Below are positions 1 through 10,831 of a stretch of DNA of 64,000 nt, in pieces. The stretch comes from Salinispira sp. GTDB lineage: Bacteria > Spirochaetota > Spirochaetia > DSM-27196 > Salinispiraceae. Under the pieces are notes generated by a model that was not told where the DNA came from, made no database searches, and worked only from the letters and a program-made list of their open reading frames with translations. The translations under genes and the position numbers were made by a program. The number at the start of each line of letters is the position of its first letter. Positions within the stretch are counted from its first letter, which is position 1. The stretch is taken from assembly GCA_965602015.1 (NCBI GenBank), contig OZ271918.1, positions 1,888,001 through 1,952,000 on the forward strand, given 5' to 3'.

Positions 1-295
1 TGTCCCGGCTTACGTGGTGGCTGTGAAGCACGGCACGCTCAAACACGTGATTGAACGAGGCCGATGAAAGAGGCTCCTGATTATCTACCGAAGGCGTATT
101 GTCGACAAGAAAGGCCCGAAGGGTCTCCCGGATTTCATCGGGCTCTCCCCCGCACTGCAAAATCACTTCCCGGGGATACGGGTAGTTCAACGCGGCATAC
201 AGAACATGCTCGGGGGTGAGGAACTCGTGTTTCCAGCTCAGCGCTTCCTGATACGCGCTGTTTAATATATCCTGAACTTCGCCACTAACTTTCAT
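1..295 (-). CDS. clpA: ATP-dependent Clp protease ATPase subunit ClpA, N-terminal part (runs off the window)
   Basis: Manual translation MKVSGEVQDILNSAYQEALSWKHEFLTPEHVLYAAL... is a Clp N-domain; lies directly downstream of clpS; SD GAGG upstream. Confidence 0.85.
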   Translation of the reverse strand, partial: MKVSGEVQDILNSAYQEALSWKHEFLTPEHVLYAALNYPYPREVILQCGGEPDEIRETLRAFLVDNTPSVDNQEPLSSASFNHVFERAVLHSHHVSRD

Positions 296-304
296 ATCTA
301 CCTC

Positions 305-613
305 TTATGCTTTTTCGACACGGCAGCGGAGAGGGTATTCCCGCTCCTTGGCGTATCTATGGACCTGCTGGATTTTGCTCATGGCAATGTCATAGGTGTA
401 GGTTCCCACATCGCCAGCGCCTTTCTCATGGATTTCCAGCATTATCCGTTGGGCGTCATGGGAATCTTTCCTGAATATTTTCATTAAAACCTCGACCACG
501 AACTCCATGGTCGTGTAATCATCATTGAGCATGATGACCTTGTACATTTCCGGTTTTTTAATAACGGTCTTTTTCTTGGTTTTTACGTCACCCTGACCGC
601 CGAGCTCCGGCAT
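305..613 (-). CDS. clpS: Clp protease adaptor ClpS
   Basis: YKVIMLNDDYTTMEFVVEVL...YPLRC signature. Confidence 0.97.
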   Translation of the reverse strand: MPELGGQGDVKTKKKTVIKKPEMYKVIMLNDDYTTMEFVVEVLMKIFRKDSHDAQRIMLEIHEKGAGDVGTYTYDIAMSKIQQVHRYAKEREYPLRCRVEKA

Positions 614-630
614 GTATTGCCTCCGAAATC

Positions 631-2694
631 CTAGAATTCGAGAGGTGCGAAATACCCGCCTTCATCCCTTCCACTCTTGGTGAAATGGGAAACCTCCACT
701 TCAATAGGAAGATACTTTCTTCCAAAGTCAGCGTCAAACAATGAAGTGGTGCTGAGGGTATAAATGCCGGTCCTTCGGTTCAGGAAATCGTCCTGCAGCG
801 GGGCGAGGCCCGCTTCAGCAAAAATGGTATAGATGTGGCCGCCGGTTTGTTCAACCAGGAAGCGAAGAGCATTGTCCAGCGGCGCCTGTGAACTATGGGC
901 GATATTAAAGCGGATGTGATTATTCTGCAGATAGGCAAGGGATTGAGTCAGCCCGATATTTTCGAATGCCCAATCGGGCAGCTGGCCACCGGAAACGAAG
1001 AGTATCTCCCGCTTGGCCTGATCGAGCAGAAGCCGGTCCCCCGCCAGACGGATGGCCTGATCGAGGCGCCACTGGCCGTCTCCGGCGATGCCCCGGAGAA
1101 CGGGAATGATGTCATCCGCACTGTCAGTCCGGTCCCATTCCAAAACCGGCGAGAGGCCCGCGGAAAAAATCCTCAGCCCTGACTGGGGGGGAAGATTTTG
1201 AATGGCCTGAAGGGCGGCTTCCTGCTGTCTTGAGCGGAATAACTCGTCGGAGCGCCGTTCGCTTGCTTCTACAATCATCGCGACACTGCTGAGCTCGTCG
1301 AATGAACCGCTGTAGTCCAAATCCCAGTTATCGAAGGTCAGCCCTTCCTCGGTGAGGATAAAATTTTCCGATTCCAGACCGAGCACATCATTTCCCAGGA
1401 TATCCCGAACGGAAACTTCTACGGAGACACGGGGAAAATCAGAGGCCTCGACCCGAAGTATCTCGACCTGATATCCGGAATACAGGCCCGAAAGCCTTGA
1501 GAGATACAGGACCCGACTGTTTCGAAAATCGCTGATGATGAGATTGCTGTTATCGTCAAATATCGCAGATACGAACTGGGCGTTCTCCCGTTCGCCGGCC
1601 CGATGAAGCGGGGTGAGACGCAGAGCCGAGGGATCAAAGGAGTACACGGCTTCCCGGCTGGTCAAAAGGAGCCGACCATTTTCGCCGGCGGAAATATCTT
1701 CCAGGTCGCTGACCCCTGGCAGCTCGAATGCCTCGAGAAGATTGCCGCTGACATCGAAGCGGTACAGAATCGACTGGTCGTTCCGATTATCACCGACAAA
1801 AATGTGATCACCGTCGGCGTGAACTCCGGCTATCCGGCTGAATCCGGGAAATTCCGACGATACCCTCCTGAAAGCCGCGGGCTCGCCGAAGTGGAAGAGA
1901 AAATCACCGCCGGTGGTGTATTTCACAATCCGCTGATTACCAAAATCGCTGACGTAGACCGCAGGTTCCCGGGATACGCTGATGTATTGGGGACCGAGAA
2001 GCTGCCCCTCCCCTATGCCGCTAGAACCGAACTGCCGGATGGTGTTCCCATCACTGCTGAGAACGGAAATAAAATCGCCGAGGAAGTTCGTTACGAACAC
2101 TTCATCTTCATAGCGGTCGCTGTCGAAGGGGCCTGCAAGGGGCGAAAATCCGCCATTGAGATTTATTAGCAGTCTCCCGCTCTGATTAATCAGACTGATA
2201 TTGTTGCTGCCGAAGGATGTGAGAAGAATCCTTCCACGTCCATCGGGCAAAACTCCGCCGGGAAAAACCATGGAATTGGAGTACTCACTGCGCTCAAACT
2301 GCTCGACGATGAGAAAATCCCGGTCTTCCTGCAGTTCCTGCGCAAGACTGCGCCGGGCCAACAGGTGATCGATAAATGCCCGAAGGAATGGAGCCGCCAG
2401 CCCCTCTTCCTCGAGGTCCTGCCATTCATTAAGCGCCGCATCCTCAAAACCGGAAAAATAGTACGCCCTGCCGAGCCAAAGGCGTACCAGCGGGTCGTCG
2501 GGAACAAAACTCAAGCTCCGCTGAAAGGAAAGAATCGCTTCATTGTAGCTGGCCCTGTGAAAGCGGACCACTCCTTCGCGAAAGCTCTCGTCGGCGTTAA
2601 GGACATCAAAATCCACCTGGGCAAACAGGGACGCGGAAACTGCAATGAGGAAGAATAAGGCTGCAATGTGCTGGAGACGGCGGAAGTACTTCAT
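631..2694 (-). CDS. Secreted protein with N-terminal TPR, NHL beta-propeller and vWA-like C-terminal region
   Basis: Signal peptide; TPR-like helices; NHL repeats (FGSSGIGEGQLLGPQYI, VYVSDFGNQRIVKY); FPRVSVEVSVRD pre-vWA motif. Confidence 0.7.
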   Translation of the reverse strand: MKYFRRLQHIAALFFLIAVSASLFAQVDFDVLNADESFREGVVRFHRASYNEAILSFQRSLSFVPDDPLVRLWLGRAYYFSGFEDAALNEWQDLEEEGLAAPFLRAFIDHLLARRSLAQELQEDRDFLIVEQFERSEYSNSMVFPGGVLPDGRGRILLTSFGSNNISLINQSGRLLINLNGGFSPLAGPFDSDRYEDEVFVTNFLGDFISVLSSDGNTIRQFGSSGIGEGQLLGPQYISVSREPAVYVSDFGNQRIVKYTTGGDFLFHFGEPAAFRRVSSEFPGFSRIAGVHADGDHIFVGDNRNDQSILYRFDVSGNLLEAFELPGVSDLEDISAGENGRLLLTSREAVYSFDPSALRLTPLHRAGERENAQFVSAIFDDNSNLIISDFRNSRVLYLSRLSGLYSGYQVEILRVEASDFPRVSVEVSVRDILGNDVLGLESENFILTEEGLTFDNWDLDYSGSFDELSSVAMIVEASERRSDELFRSRQQEAALQAIQNLPPQSGLRIFSAGLSPVLEWDRTDSADDIIPVLRGIAGDGQWRLDQAIRLAGDRLLLDQAKREILFVSGGQLPDWAFENIGLTQSLAYLQNNHIRFNIAHSSQAPLDNALRFLVEQTGGHIYTIFAEAGLAPLQDDFLNRRTGIYTLSTTSLFDADFGRKYLPIEVEVSHFTKSGRDEGGYFAPLEF

Positions 2695-3362
2695 ACGTCA
2701 ATCATACCAGCTTTTTTCACCAGTTCAAGATGCTCGCGTATTTCGCTTTCCTTGGGAGCCAGGTCCACAGCCTTGTTGAGGACCCGGCGGGCGTTTACCG
2801 GATCGCCCATTTTATGAAGAACCCAGCCGAAGGTGTCCAGATAGGCCGGATGATCTGGCTTGAGCTCCAGGGCCTTGCGGATATAATCCCTGGCCTTGGG
2901 CAGCTGGATGCCCTGATCGGCCATGATAAACGCCAGGGAATTTAATGCGGTGGCGTTTTCCGGATTTATGGCCAGGGCCTGTTCCAGATTTTTTATGCTG
3001 GCGGGAATGTTTTCCTGTTTGTAGAGGATATACCCCAAGGCAGCGTGCACTTTTGAGCTGTCATAGCCTTCATCGAGAAGATGCTGGAACTCGTATTCAG
3101 CCAAACGGTAGCGGCCGGTGTTGGCGTACACATATCCGATGAGCATCCTGCTCTGGTAAACCTGGGCGAAATCCTCTGAGGATGCCACCACCTGGTCGAG
3201 ATAAATCAGTGCCTCGTCAAACTGTTCAAGCTGAGCGTAGCAGAGTCCCAGGTAGTAGGAAATTTCGGCATAGCTGTCCTCATTGGCCTGGATACTCCGG
3301 AAATGCCTGAGAGCCTCGTTGTATTTTCCGCTCCGGTAGAGCTCGATTCCCTTTTTCATCAT
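2691..3362 (-). CDS. Tetratricopeptide repeat protein
   Basis: Multiple TPRs (ALAINPENATALNSLAF, AYLDTFGWV). Confidence 0.85.
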   Translation of the reverse strand: MMKKGIELYRSGKYNEALRHFRSIQANEDSYAEISYYLGLCYAQLEQFDEALIYLDQVVASSEDFAQVYQSRMLIGYVYANTGRYRLAEYEFQHLLDEGYDSSKVHAALGYILYKQENIPASIKNLEQALAINPENATALNSLAFIMADQGIQLPKARDYIRKALELKPDHPAYLDTFGWVLHKMGDPVNARRVLNKAVDLAPKESEIREHLELVKKAGMIDV

Positions 3363-4109
3363 CTACACTTTAAACTCGGCCTTTTTATACACCTCATCAA
3401 TAAGATTATTCACCGGATGAAGATGTACGGGACTAATGGAGATGGCTCCAGCCAAAACCGCTTCCTGATCCGAACCGGGGTCTTCCAGACTCTCATCCGG
3501 CACCCCGGACAAGAACCAGTATTGGTCGCCGTCGGGAGCCTCGAAGCTGTGAAGGGCGTCTTTATACACCCGTTTACATGGGTGGGTTATTCTGATGTCT
3601 CCGGTTTCATGGCCCGGACCGTTTATATTGATAAAATGATGCTCATCCCACAGGCGGATAAACCCGCCGACATTCCGGGAGACCATGCGGGCCAGGGGCA
3701 TGAAGTTATACGGCGGGCGAGTGGATATCAGGCTGATGGCAACTGAGGGGATGTTCATATAAGCGCCTTGCCGGGCTGCAGCGGCGGTGCCCGAATAGGT
3801 CAAATCGGTTCCCAGGTTTGGACCGTAATTGATTCCCGAGAGAATGATATCCGGCGGACCATCCATGATCCCCAAAATAGCAGTCATGACGCAGTCCGCA
3901 GGGCTTCCGCTGGTCTGAAACTGACGCTCCGAGAGCCGTCGGCTGCGAATTGCGTCCTTCAGGGAAATTGAATGGGAATTGCCGCTGCGCTCGCCGTCAG
4001 GGGCGACGATCCATACATCTGCCTGGGGATAATCGCTCAGAAGAACCTCGCGCAGAAGCTGAAGACCCTCGCTGCTTATTCCGTCATCGTTTGTCAGTAA
4101 TATTTTCAT
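3363..4109 (-). CDS. surE: 5'/3'-nucleotidase SurE
   Basis: MKILLTNDDG, SGINYGPNLG, YSGTAAAA motifs. Confidence 0.97.
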   Translation of the reverse strand: MKILLTNDDGISSEGLQLLREVLLSDYPQADVWIVAPDGERSGNSHSISLKDAIRSRRLSERQFQTSGSPADCVMTAILGIMDGPPDIILSGINYGPNLGTDLTYSGTAAAARQGAYMNIPSVAISLISTRPPYNFMPLARMVSRNVGGFIRLWDEHHFININGPGHETGDIRITHPCKRVYKDALHSFEAPDGDQYWFLSGVPDESLEDPGSDQEAVLAGAISISPVHLHPVNNLIDEVYKKAEFKV

Positions 4110-4115
4110 TGCTGC

Positions 4116-5264
4116 CTATATTTCCCGGGTGCTGCCCTTCCCGGGCACAATCGGGTAGATATTCGGATGGAAGCCAAAAATGCGCTCGTATTCTTCCATT
4201 TTATCTCGGTAACTGTCCATGGCGTCATGGCGTATCATGACTAACACGCAGCCCCCGAACCCCCGCCCGCTGAGCCGGGATCCCAGAACACCGTCCATTT
4301 CGCTGCCTCGTTTCACAATCCAGTCGATTTCCGGAACCGATACTTCCATAAGGTCTCTGAGTCCTTCATGACTGCGCATCATTTCCTTGCCCGCATGTTC
4401 AAAATCCCCTTCGGCGAGCATGGCGCTGACCTCGCTGACCCGATGGAACTCCTGGGCTACATGAATGCACACCCGCCGGCGGGATTCGGGGAGAATTCCC
4501 AGGCTCTGACGGATTTCGCTCAGACTCAGGTGACGGTAGTCCCGTCCGCCGAGCCGGTTTTTTAACTGGGTCATACACTGGTTGGAAAGTTCAATCCGCT
4601 CTTCCCGGTCTTCTTCGGCTTCCTGTGACGGCACCCTGGTATCTACCAGCAGAAGGCGTATGTCAGCGGGATCGAAGGGAATGTGCTGAACGGTCAGATT
4701 GTGGGTGTCGATGAAGCTGATGTGTTTTTCCCGGGCGTGATGACTGGCCAAATGAGGAAGAAACCCCGTGTCTTCATGGAGGAATGCGGTTTCAGCCTGA
4801 TGGGCGCATTGCAATAACTGGAGTTCGGTGAGGTCAAAATTCTCGAGTTCGGCTATGGCCCTTGTTGCGGCGACCACTATTGCGGCCGAACTTCCCAAAC
4901 CGATGCCCCCGGGGACGTCGCCTCCGACGGTGACATTCAGTCCGTCGATGGGGCAGCCCATGTTCTGAAGTCCGTAAATAGATCCTTTAAGGTAGTTGGC
5001 CCAACGGTCTTCCCGTTTGTATTTGAGATTGGTAAGACTGCATTTTTTGCGCTCCTCGTAGTCCGGAGCGAAAAAGCGGAAACTGTGATCGCCTCGACGG
5101 GATACCGCGACGGTCATTCTAAAAGGAAGAGCGAATGAAAGACCGTGGCCTTCGGCGAACTCGGTGTGTTCGCCCAAAACATTGGCAACTCCGGGGGCGG
5201 AAACCATGACTTCGGGATCTTCCTGATATTCCCTGATGTGTAGCGCTCGGTAGTCCTGATCCAA
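4116..5264 (-). CDS. galK: Galactokinase (GHMP kinase)
   Basis: SAPGVANVLGEHT, VPGGIGLGSSAA, GSRLSGRGFGGC motifs; some substrate-binding residues diverged. Confidence 0.8.
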   Translation of the reverse strand: MDQDYRALHIREYQEDPEVMVSAPGVANVLGEHTEFAEGHGLSFALPFRMTVAVSRRGDHSFRFFAPDYEERKKCSLTNLKYKREDRWANYLKGSIYGLQNMGCPIDGLNVTVGGDVPGGIGLGSSAAIVVAATRAIAELENFDLTELQLLQCAHQAETAFLHEDTGFLPHLASHHAREKHISFIDTHNLTVQHIPFDPADIRLLLVDTRVPSQEAEEDREERIELSNQCMTQLKNRLGGRDYRHLSLSEIRQSLGILPESRRRVCIHVAQEFHRVSEVSAMLAEGDFEHAGKEMMRSHEGLRDLMEVSVPEIDWIVKRGSEMDGVLGSRLSGRGFGGCVLVMIRHDAMDSYRDKMEEYERIFGFHPNIYPIVPGKGSTREI

Positions 5265-5348
5265 TAACTCCCCCTGGGCTAAAAATATAGTACCCGATTA
5301 TGTAAAACGTATCAATTAAAACCCATTTTTCTGCTATCCTGACTCAAC

Positions 5349-7037
5349 ATGAAAAATCAACAATCATCCCTGCTCGAACCGCTTGCCCTCGTTCTTCTTT
5401 CAGCTCTCCTGAATTGGCTTTCCCAACCAAACGAGCTGTTTGTCGGCGGCAACTGGTTTTTCGGATTGATCAGTTATATCCCGCTGTACGTGATGTTTGC
5501 TTCATTTCCCCTCAGTATCAGAAGCTCCGGTCGGCTCGGCCTGCTGTATGCCCTTATCAATACCTTGAGCTCGTATTTCTGGCTCACAAATTTCGGAGAC
5601 TACTCGCTGTGGACCATAAGCGGCGTAACCCTGGTATACCTGATTTTTTACCGGGCTTTTTTCCGCATGATGCAGCATCTTTTTGCCCGGTCACCGCGGC
5701 CGGTTGTATCCAATTCCTCCGACGGAGACCTTCGTGTCGGAGAGTCCAAAGCGCAGACGTTTTTCTCTGCCGGGGAATCAGGACCGCTGATTTTCGCCGT
5801 CGCCTGGACGGCGTTTGAATTTTTCCGGAGCCGGGGCTATTTGGCCTTCCCGTGGAATCTGGCGGCCTTTCCCTTCCACGAAGCGGTGTTTTTCAACCAG
5901 ATAGCCGAGCTAAGCGGAGTATGGATTATCAGCTTCGCGGTTCTATACCTTCAGGCGGCTTCCGCAGACCTGCTCATCATGGGGCGAGGAGGTATGAGGT
6001 TTCACCTCTACGGCCCGGAGCACCGTTTCGCATCAGCGGCATTGATTCTCCTTATTGGAGCTTACGGGCTTATACGAATGAGCAGCTTCGCTACTTCCGA
6101 TGACCGTGGCTCCGGAGAGGAGCTGATCGTGCTGCTGGTGCAGCAAAATGTTGACAGTTGGGCGCAGGAAGACCGCACCCTCGGCGTAAGCCGGGCCATC
6201 GACCTGAGCATGCAGGGCATCGACGAATCCGCAGAGCGCTTCGGCAGAGAGCCCGACCTCATTGCCTGGAGCGAAACCAGCCTCACCTACCCGTATTCTC
6301 CTGAGGGAAGTTATTATCAGCATCGACCTCGCCCCATAAGTTTGCGGGATTTCCTGGAGTCGAGCTCAGCGGAACTCATAACCGGAGCGCCGGTAATAGA
6401 AAGCATCCAGCCCTTCACGGCATTCAACTCGAGCATCCATATCGACAGCGAAGGCAGGCTCCTTGGCGAGTACGGTAAAATTCAGCTCATCCCCTTCGCC
6501 GAGCATGTCCCCTTTACGGATTTCAAGCCGCTGGCGGATTTCCTGGAAGGCGTTGTCGGCATACCAGCCAGCGGCTGGACTCCGGGCAGATCGGTTGAGC
6601 TGTTCACCCTCGACAAGGGCATAAAGCTCGGCACCCCCATATGCTTCGAAGACTCCTTCGCCTCCAACACCAGATATTTTACCCGGGCCGGCGCCGATGT
6701 GCTTCTGAACCTGACAAATAACGCCTGGTCCGAAACCCGCTCCGCCCAAATGCAGCACCTGGTATCCGCCCGCTACCGGGCAATTGAAAACCGCCGATAC
6801 CTTCTTCGATCGACAAACGGCGGTGTGACGAGCATCATATCTCCCGACGGCACAATCCTCGCTGAGATACCCATGTTCGAGGAGGCCTTCCTGCTGGAGA
6901 GGATAATCATTCCGGACCACAGACCTCTCACGGTTTATGCCCGGTTCGGAGACTGGTTCGCCTGGGTTATGGTACTGCTGCTGTTTGGTTTCCTGGTACA
7001 GCGCAAACTGGACCTGGAGGATAAAAGTACAGGGTGA
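5349..7037 (+). CDS. lnt: Apolipoprotein N-acyltransferase (paralog 1)
   Basis: TM N-terminus; nitrilase E-K-C triad in WSET, YGKIQLIPFAE, PICFED; NLTNNAW, RAIEN. Confidence 0.93.
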   Translation: MKNQQSSLLEPLALVLLSALLNWLSQPNELFVGGNWFFGLISYIPLYVMFASFPLSIRSSGRLGLLYALINTLSSYFWLTNFGDYSLWTISGVTLVYLIFYRAFFRMMQHLFARSPRPVVSNSSDGDLRVGESKAQTFFSAGESGPLIFAVAWTAFEFFRSRGYLAFPWNLAAFPFHEAVFFNQIAELSGVWIISFAVLYLQAASADLLIMGRGGMRFHLYGPEHRFASAALILLIGAYGLIRMSSFATSDDRGSGEELIVLLVQQNVDSWAQEDRTLGVSRAIDLSMQGIDESAERFGREPDLIAWSETSLTYPYSPEGSYYQHRPRPISLRDFLESSSAELITGAPVIESIQPFTAFNSSIHIDSEGRLLGEYGKIQLIPFAEHVPFTDFKPLADFLEGVVGIPASGWTPGRSVELFTLDKGIKLGTPICFEDSFASNTRYFTRAGADVLLNLTNNAWSETRSAQMQHLVSARYRAIENRRYLLRSTNGGVTSIISPDGTILAEIPMFEEAFLLERIIIPDHRPLTVYARFGDWFAWVMVLLLFGFLVQRKLDLEDKSTG

Positions 7038-7104
7038 ATGACCAGGTTTCGGTCCGCCCCTGAGCGCATGTAAAATTCGCAAACCGCCTGCATTGTGATT
7101 GCAT

Positions 7105-7136
7105 AAAAAAAGACCGGGCACAGTGCCCGGCCTTTT
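7105..7136. terminator. Bidirectional intrinsic terminator between lnt and rpmE
   Basis: AAAAAAAGA-CCGGGCAC-A-GTGCCCGG-CCTTTT between convergent genes. Confidence 0.75.
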
Positions 7137-7169
7137 CCTTCCGCTCCCGCATATGGGAGGCTATACGTC

Positions 7170-7415
7170 TTACTTGATATTGTACTTTCTCTTGAAACGC
7201 TCGACCCGGCCCGCGGTATCGACCAGCTGCTGCTTGCCGGTAAAGAAGGGATGGGATGCCGACGAGATTTCCAGCTCGTAGAGCGGATATTCGTTGCCGT
7301 CATCGTGCTTCATGGTCTTGTTTGTCTCAACAGTAGACTTGGTAAGAAATACGGTTCCGCTGGCGATGTCCTTGAAGGCCACCAGGCGGTAGTCAGGATG
7401 GATGTCCTTTCTCAT
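7170..7415 (-). CDS. rpmE2: 50S ribosomal protein L31 type B (no Zn-binding cysteines)
   Basis: MRKDIHPDY...[14 protein letters not shown]...AGRVERF; lacks CxxC. Confidence 0.95.
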   Translation of the reverse strand: MRKDIHPDYRLVAFKDIASGTVFLTKSTVETNKTMKHDDGNEYPLYELEISSASHPFFTGKQQLVDTAGRVERFKRKYNIK

Positions 7416-7507
7416 TTTTACAAACCTCTCTTTGCTATTGCTCCCCGCCGTGCGAGGCTGATGCTGTGCGGCACTTTTGCCGACGCTGCTCCCCGGGAAA
7501 GAGTAAT

Positions 7508-9283
7508 TTACTCTCCAGTCGGCGAGGTATTCATCGACCGGAGGAAGGCCTCATTATTCTTAGTTTTCCTCATCCTGTCAATAAGAAGCTCCAGGACCTC
7601 GGTGTCCTCCATGGGGTTGATAACCTTGCGAAGGACCCACATTTTTTGGAGTTCGGTTTCTGCAAGCAGCAGGTCCTCCCGGCGGGTGCCCGAGCGCTTA
7701 ATATTAAAGGCGGGAAAGAGCCGGCGATCTGCCATTTTTCGGTCGAGATTGACCTCCATATTGCCGGTTCCCTTGAATTCCTCGAAGATAACCTCGTCCA
7801 TTCGGCTCCCGGTTTCGATGAGGGCGGTAGCCACGATGGTAAGGCTGCCGCCGTGTTCAATATTCCGTGCGGCTCCGAAAAAACGCTTCGGTTTATGAAG
7901 TGCGTTGGAATCCACACCACCGGAGAGAATTTTACCCGAGGTGGGAACAGTCTGGTTGTATGCCCGAGCAAGCCTCGTAATTGAGTCCAGCAGAATAACA
8001 ACGTCCTTGCCGTGCTCAACCAGGCGGCGGGCCTTTTCAAGCACCATCTCCGCTACCTGCACGTGCCGGGTAGCCTGCTCATCAAACGTTGAGGAGATGA
8101 CTTCGGCTTTAACGTTTCGCTGCATGTCGGTTACCTCTTCGGGACGCTCATCGATGAGCAGGACAATGAGGTAGACTTCAGGATGGTTTTCCGTAATGGC
8201 ATTGGCGATTCTCTGCAGCAGAATGGTTTTACCGGTTCTCGGGGGGGCGACAATAAGCCCGCGCTGGCCCTTACCGATGGGACAAAACAGATTTATCATC
8301 CTGGTGGATTTTTCCCCGTTTTTTGTCTCCATGTTCAGCCGCTCGTCGGGATACAGGGGCGTGAGGTTGTCAAAGGGTATCCGGGTTTGAGCTACCGTGG
8401 GATTGTCGAAGTTGACCGATTCAACCCGAAGCATGGCGAAAAACCGCTCGCCGTCTTTCGGCGGACGGATTTGCCCGTACACCGTGTCGCCGGTCTTTAG
8501 ATTAAAGAGGCGTATCTGACTCGGGGAAATATAAATATCGTCAGGTCCTGGAAGGTAGGAGTTTTGCGGCGAACGCAGGAAGCCGTACCCGTCGGGAAGT
8601 ATTTCAAGGCTTCCGTAGGCGTAAATGGTGCCGTTCCGCTCGGTATGCGCCTTGAGAATGGCGAAAATTATCTCCTGCTTCTTGAGGGACAGCATGTTTT
8701 CCTTGCTGATTCCCATTTGTCCGGCCAAATCTCTCAGCCCCTGCATGTGGGTGGTAATCAGGTCGTTGATGCTCAGGGAACGGCTCATGGCTTTCTGACC
8801 GGTGCCCGAAGACCCTCCATTGCCGCCGCCTCCCTTGGAGTTGGCTCGCTCGGCGGAGTCTGACGCGCTGTTGTCGTCGCGGCTATCTCCGTTGTCTTTT
8901 TTCACCTCGACCCTAACCTTGCGCTTGCGCGAACGGCCTGAATTTTTTCGTGGTGAATCTTTTTCCCTGGCTTCCCGGGAGGAAGAAGCATCTGCAGTGG
9001 CTTCCTCACCGTCGGCGGCCTCGTTCTTTTCACCTTCGCTTTTGTCTGTTGTGTCAGATTCTTGGGGAGGGGAACTAGCGCCTGGTTGGGAACCTTCGTC
9101 GGGAGCAGCATGTTCGCTCTGTGCGGCGGATGCCTGGTCAGACGGGGTTTGATTGTTTGATTGCTCGGAGGATTCGGTCTGCCCGTTCTGCTCATCGCCG
9201 GGATTGCCGTTGGTGGGGTTTTCGTTTGAGGACAATGCGTCGTCGGAAGCATTATCCTCTCGTTTTCTTCTGATAATTGGCAT
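7508..9283 (-). CDS. rho: Transcription termination factor Rho with long low-complexity N-terminal extension
   Basis: [37 protein letters not shown] motifs. Confidence 0.98.
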   Translation of the reverse strand: MPIIRRKREDNASDDALSSNENPTNGNPGDEQNGQTESSEQSNNQTPSDQASAAQSEHAAPDEGSQPGASSPPQESDTTDKSEGEKNEAADGEEATADASSSREAREKDSPRKNSGRSRKRKVRVEVKKDNGDSRDDNSASDSAERANSKGGGGNGGSSGTGQKAMSRSLSINDLITTHMQGLRDLAGQMGISKENMLSLKKQEIIFAILKAHTERNGTIYAYGSLEILPDGYGFLRSPQNSYLPGPDDIYISPSQIRLFNLKTGDTVYGQIRPPKDGERFFAMLRVESVNFDNPTVAQTRIPFDNLTPLYPDERLNMETKNGEKSTRMINLFCPIGKGQRGLIVAPPRTGKTILLQRIANAITENHPEVYLIVLLIDERPEEVTDMQRNVKAEVISSTFDEQATRHVQVAEMVLEKARRLVEHGKDVVILLDSITRLARAYNQTVPTSGKILSGGVDSNALHKPKRFFGAARNIEHGGSLTIVATALIETGSRMDEVIFEEFKGTGNMEVNLDRKMADRRLFPAFNIKRSGTRREDLLLAETELQKMWVLRKVINPMEDTEVLELLIDRMRKTKNNEAFLRSMNTSPTGE

Positions 9284-9398
9284 GTAAAAAACTCCAGAAA
9301 TGTTATCGGTGGTGTATGTCGCGCAATTGCTGATTTTTGAAAGGAATCAAGGAATTATTGGACTGCACGTCAAATATAGTATGCTGTTTCAACAACTG

Positions 9399-10064
9399 TC
9401 AAGCTCCGCTCATGCTCATGAGAATTTGCATCAAAGCGGCAGTTCCGGCAAAGCTCCGCACCTGTCGTCGGTCGCCGTCAAACTCCCACCTGATAATTTC
9501 GGGCTCTCCGTTTATTCCGCTGCGTTCAGAATTACCTGCTGTGGCGATATAGACCAGGCCAACAGGCTTTTCATCGCTGCCCCCTCCCGGTCCGGCAATT
9601 CCAGTCACCGCGACGGCGATATCTGCGGGAATACGGCGCAAAACCCCCTTCGCCATTTCGCCGCAGCATTCCGCCGAAACAGCGCCATAGTTATTGAGCA
9701 CCCGGGGGGAAACCCCAAGGAGCCGGGATTTGACGTCGTTGTGGTAGCTCACGACTGATCCGAGAAACACCGAAGAACTTCCGGGAATCTCGGTGAGGTC
9801 GCGGGAAATGCCGCCGCCGGTACAGGACTCCGCGGCGGCAACGGTAAGCCCTTCTGCCCTTCCGATGGTAACGATGCGCTTGGCTACCAATTCCCGTACG
9901 GATTCCCAGGAGATGTCCGATGCGCTATGGGAATCGGGAAGCGTGAGAATCAGAGCTGAGTCATCTCGCATTATCTCACTGCCGGAGCTGCCAAGGCTGC
10001 CGGAGCCGCCGCGAGTAAAATGTGCTTTGGTTATTTTTTGGGAGAACGGAAAATATATGTGCAT
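9399..10064 (-). CDS. pncC: CinA C-terminal domain protein / NMN amidohydrolase PncC (true start may be 9971)
   Basis: AAESCTGG, GAVSAECCGEMA, TGIAGPGGG, KPVGLVYIA. Confidence 0.85.
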   Translation of the reverse strand: MHIYFPFSQKITKAHFTRGGSGSLGSSGSEIMRDDSALILTLPDSHSASDISWESVRELVAKRIVTIGRAEGLTVAAAESCTGGGISRDLTEIPGSSSVFLGSVVSYHNDVKSRLLGVSPRVLNNYGAVSAECCGEMAKGVLRRIPADIAVAVTGIAGPGGGSDEKPVGLVYIATAGNSERSGINGEPEIIRWEFDGDRRQVRSFAGTAALMQILMSMSGA

Positions 10065-10126
10065 TGCAGCCTTTTTCTCCCCGGATGCGGCAGGAAAGCC
10101 TATCGGCCAAAGAACACCGCTTGGGA

Positions 10127-10549
10127 CTAATTATGCTCGCCGGACTGGATATTTTCCCTGAGTTCCTTGGCGGGAGATGAGAAAATGTCGAGGTTTTCCG
10201 CCTTGCGTATCATTTCGCATCGGCCTTCGAATACCACACCGTCGGCGATGCGCAGTTTTACCGAGCGAACGTTCCCGTAAATTCTGGCGCTCTCGAGCAT
10301 TTCCACCATTCCGGAGGCTTCGATATTTCCCTTTACGGTTCCGCCGATTACCACATCCTGTACGAAAATATCCGCTTCAATTTCCGCGCCTTCTTCAATG
10401 TACAAAAATCCGCCGGAGGAGATTTTTCCCTTGAACCGTCCGCTGATTTTCATGGAACTGTCGAATTTGAGTTCACCGTTTAAGAACGTCTGGGAACCAA
10501 GACGGGTCTTGGTTTGCTCGAGGACACTTTTATCAAATGACGAGGGCAT
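10127..10549 (-). CDS. Bactofilin (polymer-forming cytoskeletal protein)
   Basis: Beta-helix repeats (ISGRFKGKI, VVIGGTVKGNI, IADGVVFEGRC); ATG at 10549 with SD GGAG. Confidence 0.88.
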   Translation of the reverse strand: MPSSFDKSVLEQTKTRLGSQTFLNGELKFDSSMKISGRFKGKISSGGFLYIEEGAEIEADIFVQDVVIGGTVKGNIEASGMVEMLESARIYGNVRSVKLRIADGVVFEGRCEMIRKAENLDIFSSPAKELRENIQSGEHN

Positions 10550-10578
10550 AGAAACTCCGGATATAAACGCGGCGGGCG

Positions 10579-10800
10579 TTACTTTGTTTTCATTGTGAAC
10601 ACCCCGTCCCAATCTTCCTCGGGGGGGTTTTTTAGGTAGTGCTTGCAGCGCACCTCATAGACCCTGGAGGGGCCGTCATCGGGTTCGATTGTCCTGGCTT
10701 TTTGAAAAAACTTCAGCGCTTCCTCGAAATTCATCAGCTTATACTGACGACGTCCCTCGGCGAATAACTCCAGCAGCTGCTTTTTTTCTTCGGTTATCAT
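10579..10800 (-). CDS. Small TPR-like protein resembling the C-terminal module of class III adenylate/guanylate cyclases
   Basis: FEEALKFF...PDDGPSRVY..RC......PP..WDGVF motif. Confidence 0.65.
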   Translation of the reverse strand: MITEEKKQLLELFAEGRRQYKLMNFEEALKFFQKARTIEPDDGPSRVYEVRCKHYLKNPPEEDWDGVFTMKTK

Positions 10801-10831
10801 ATATCGCTCCCGACTACGCTTAGGCCCAGGA

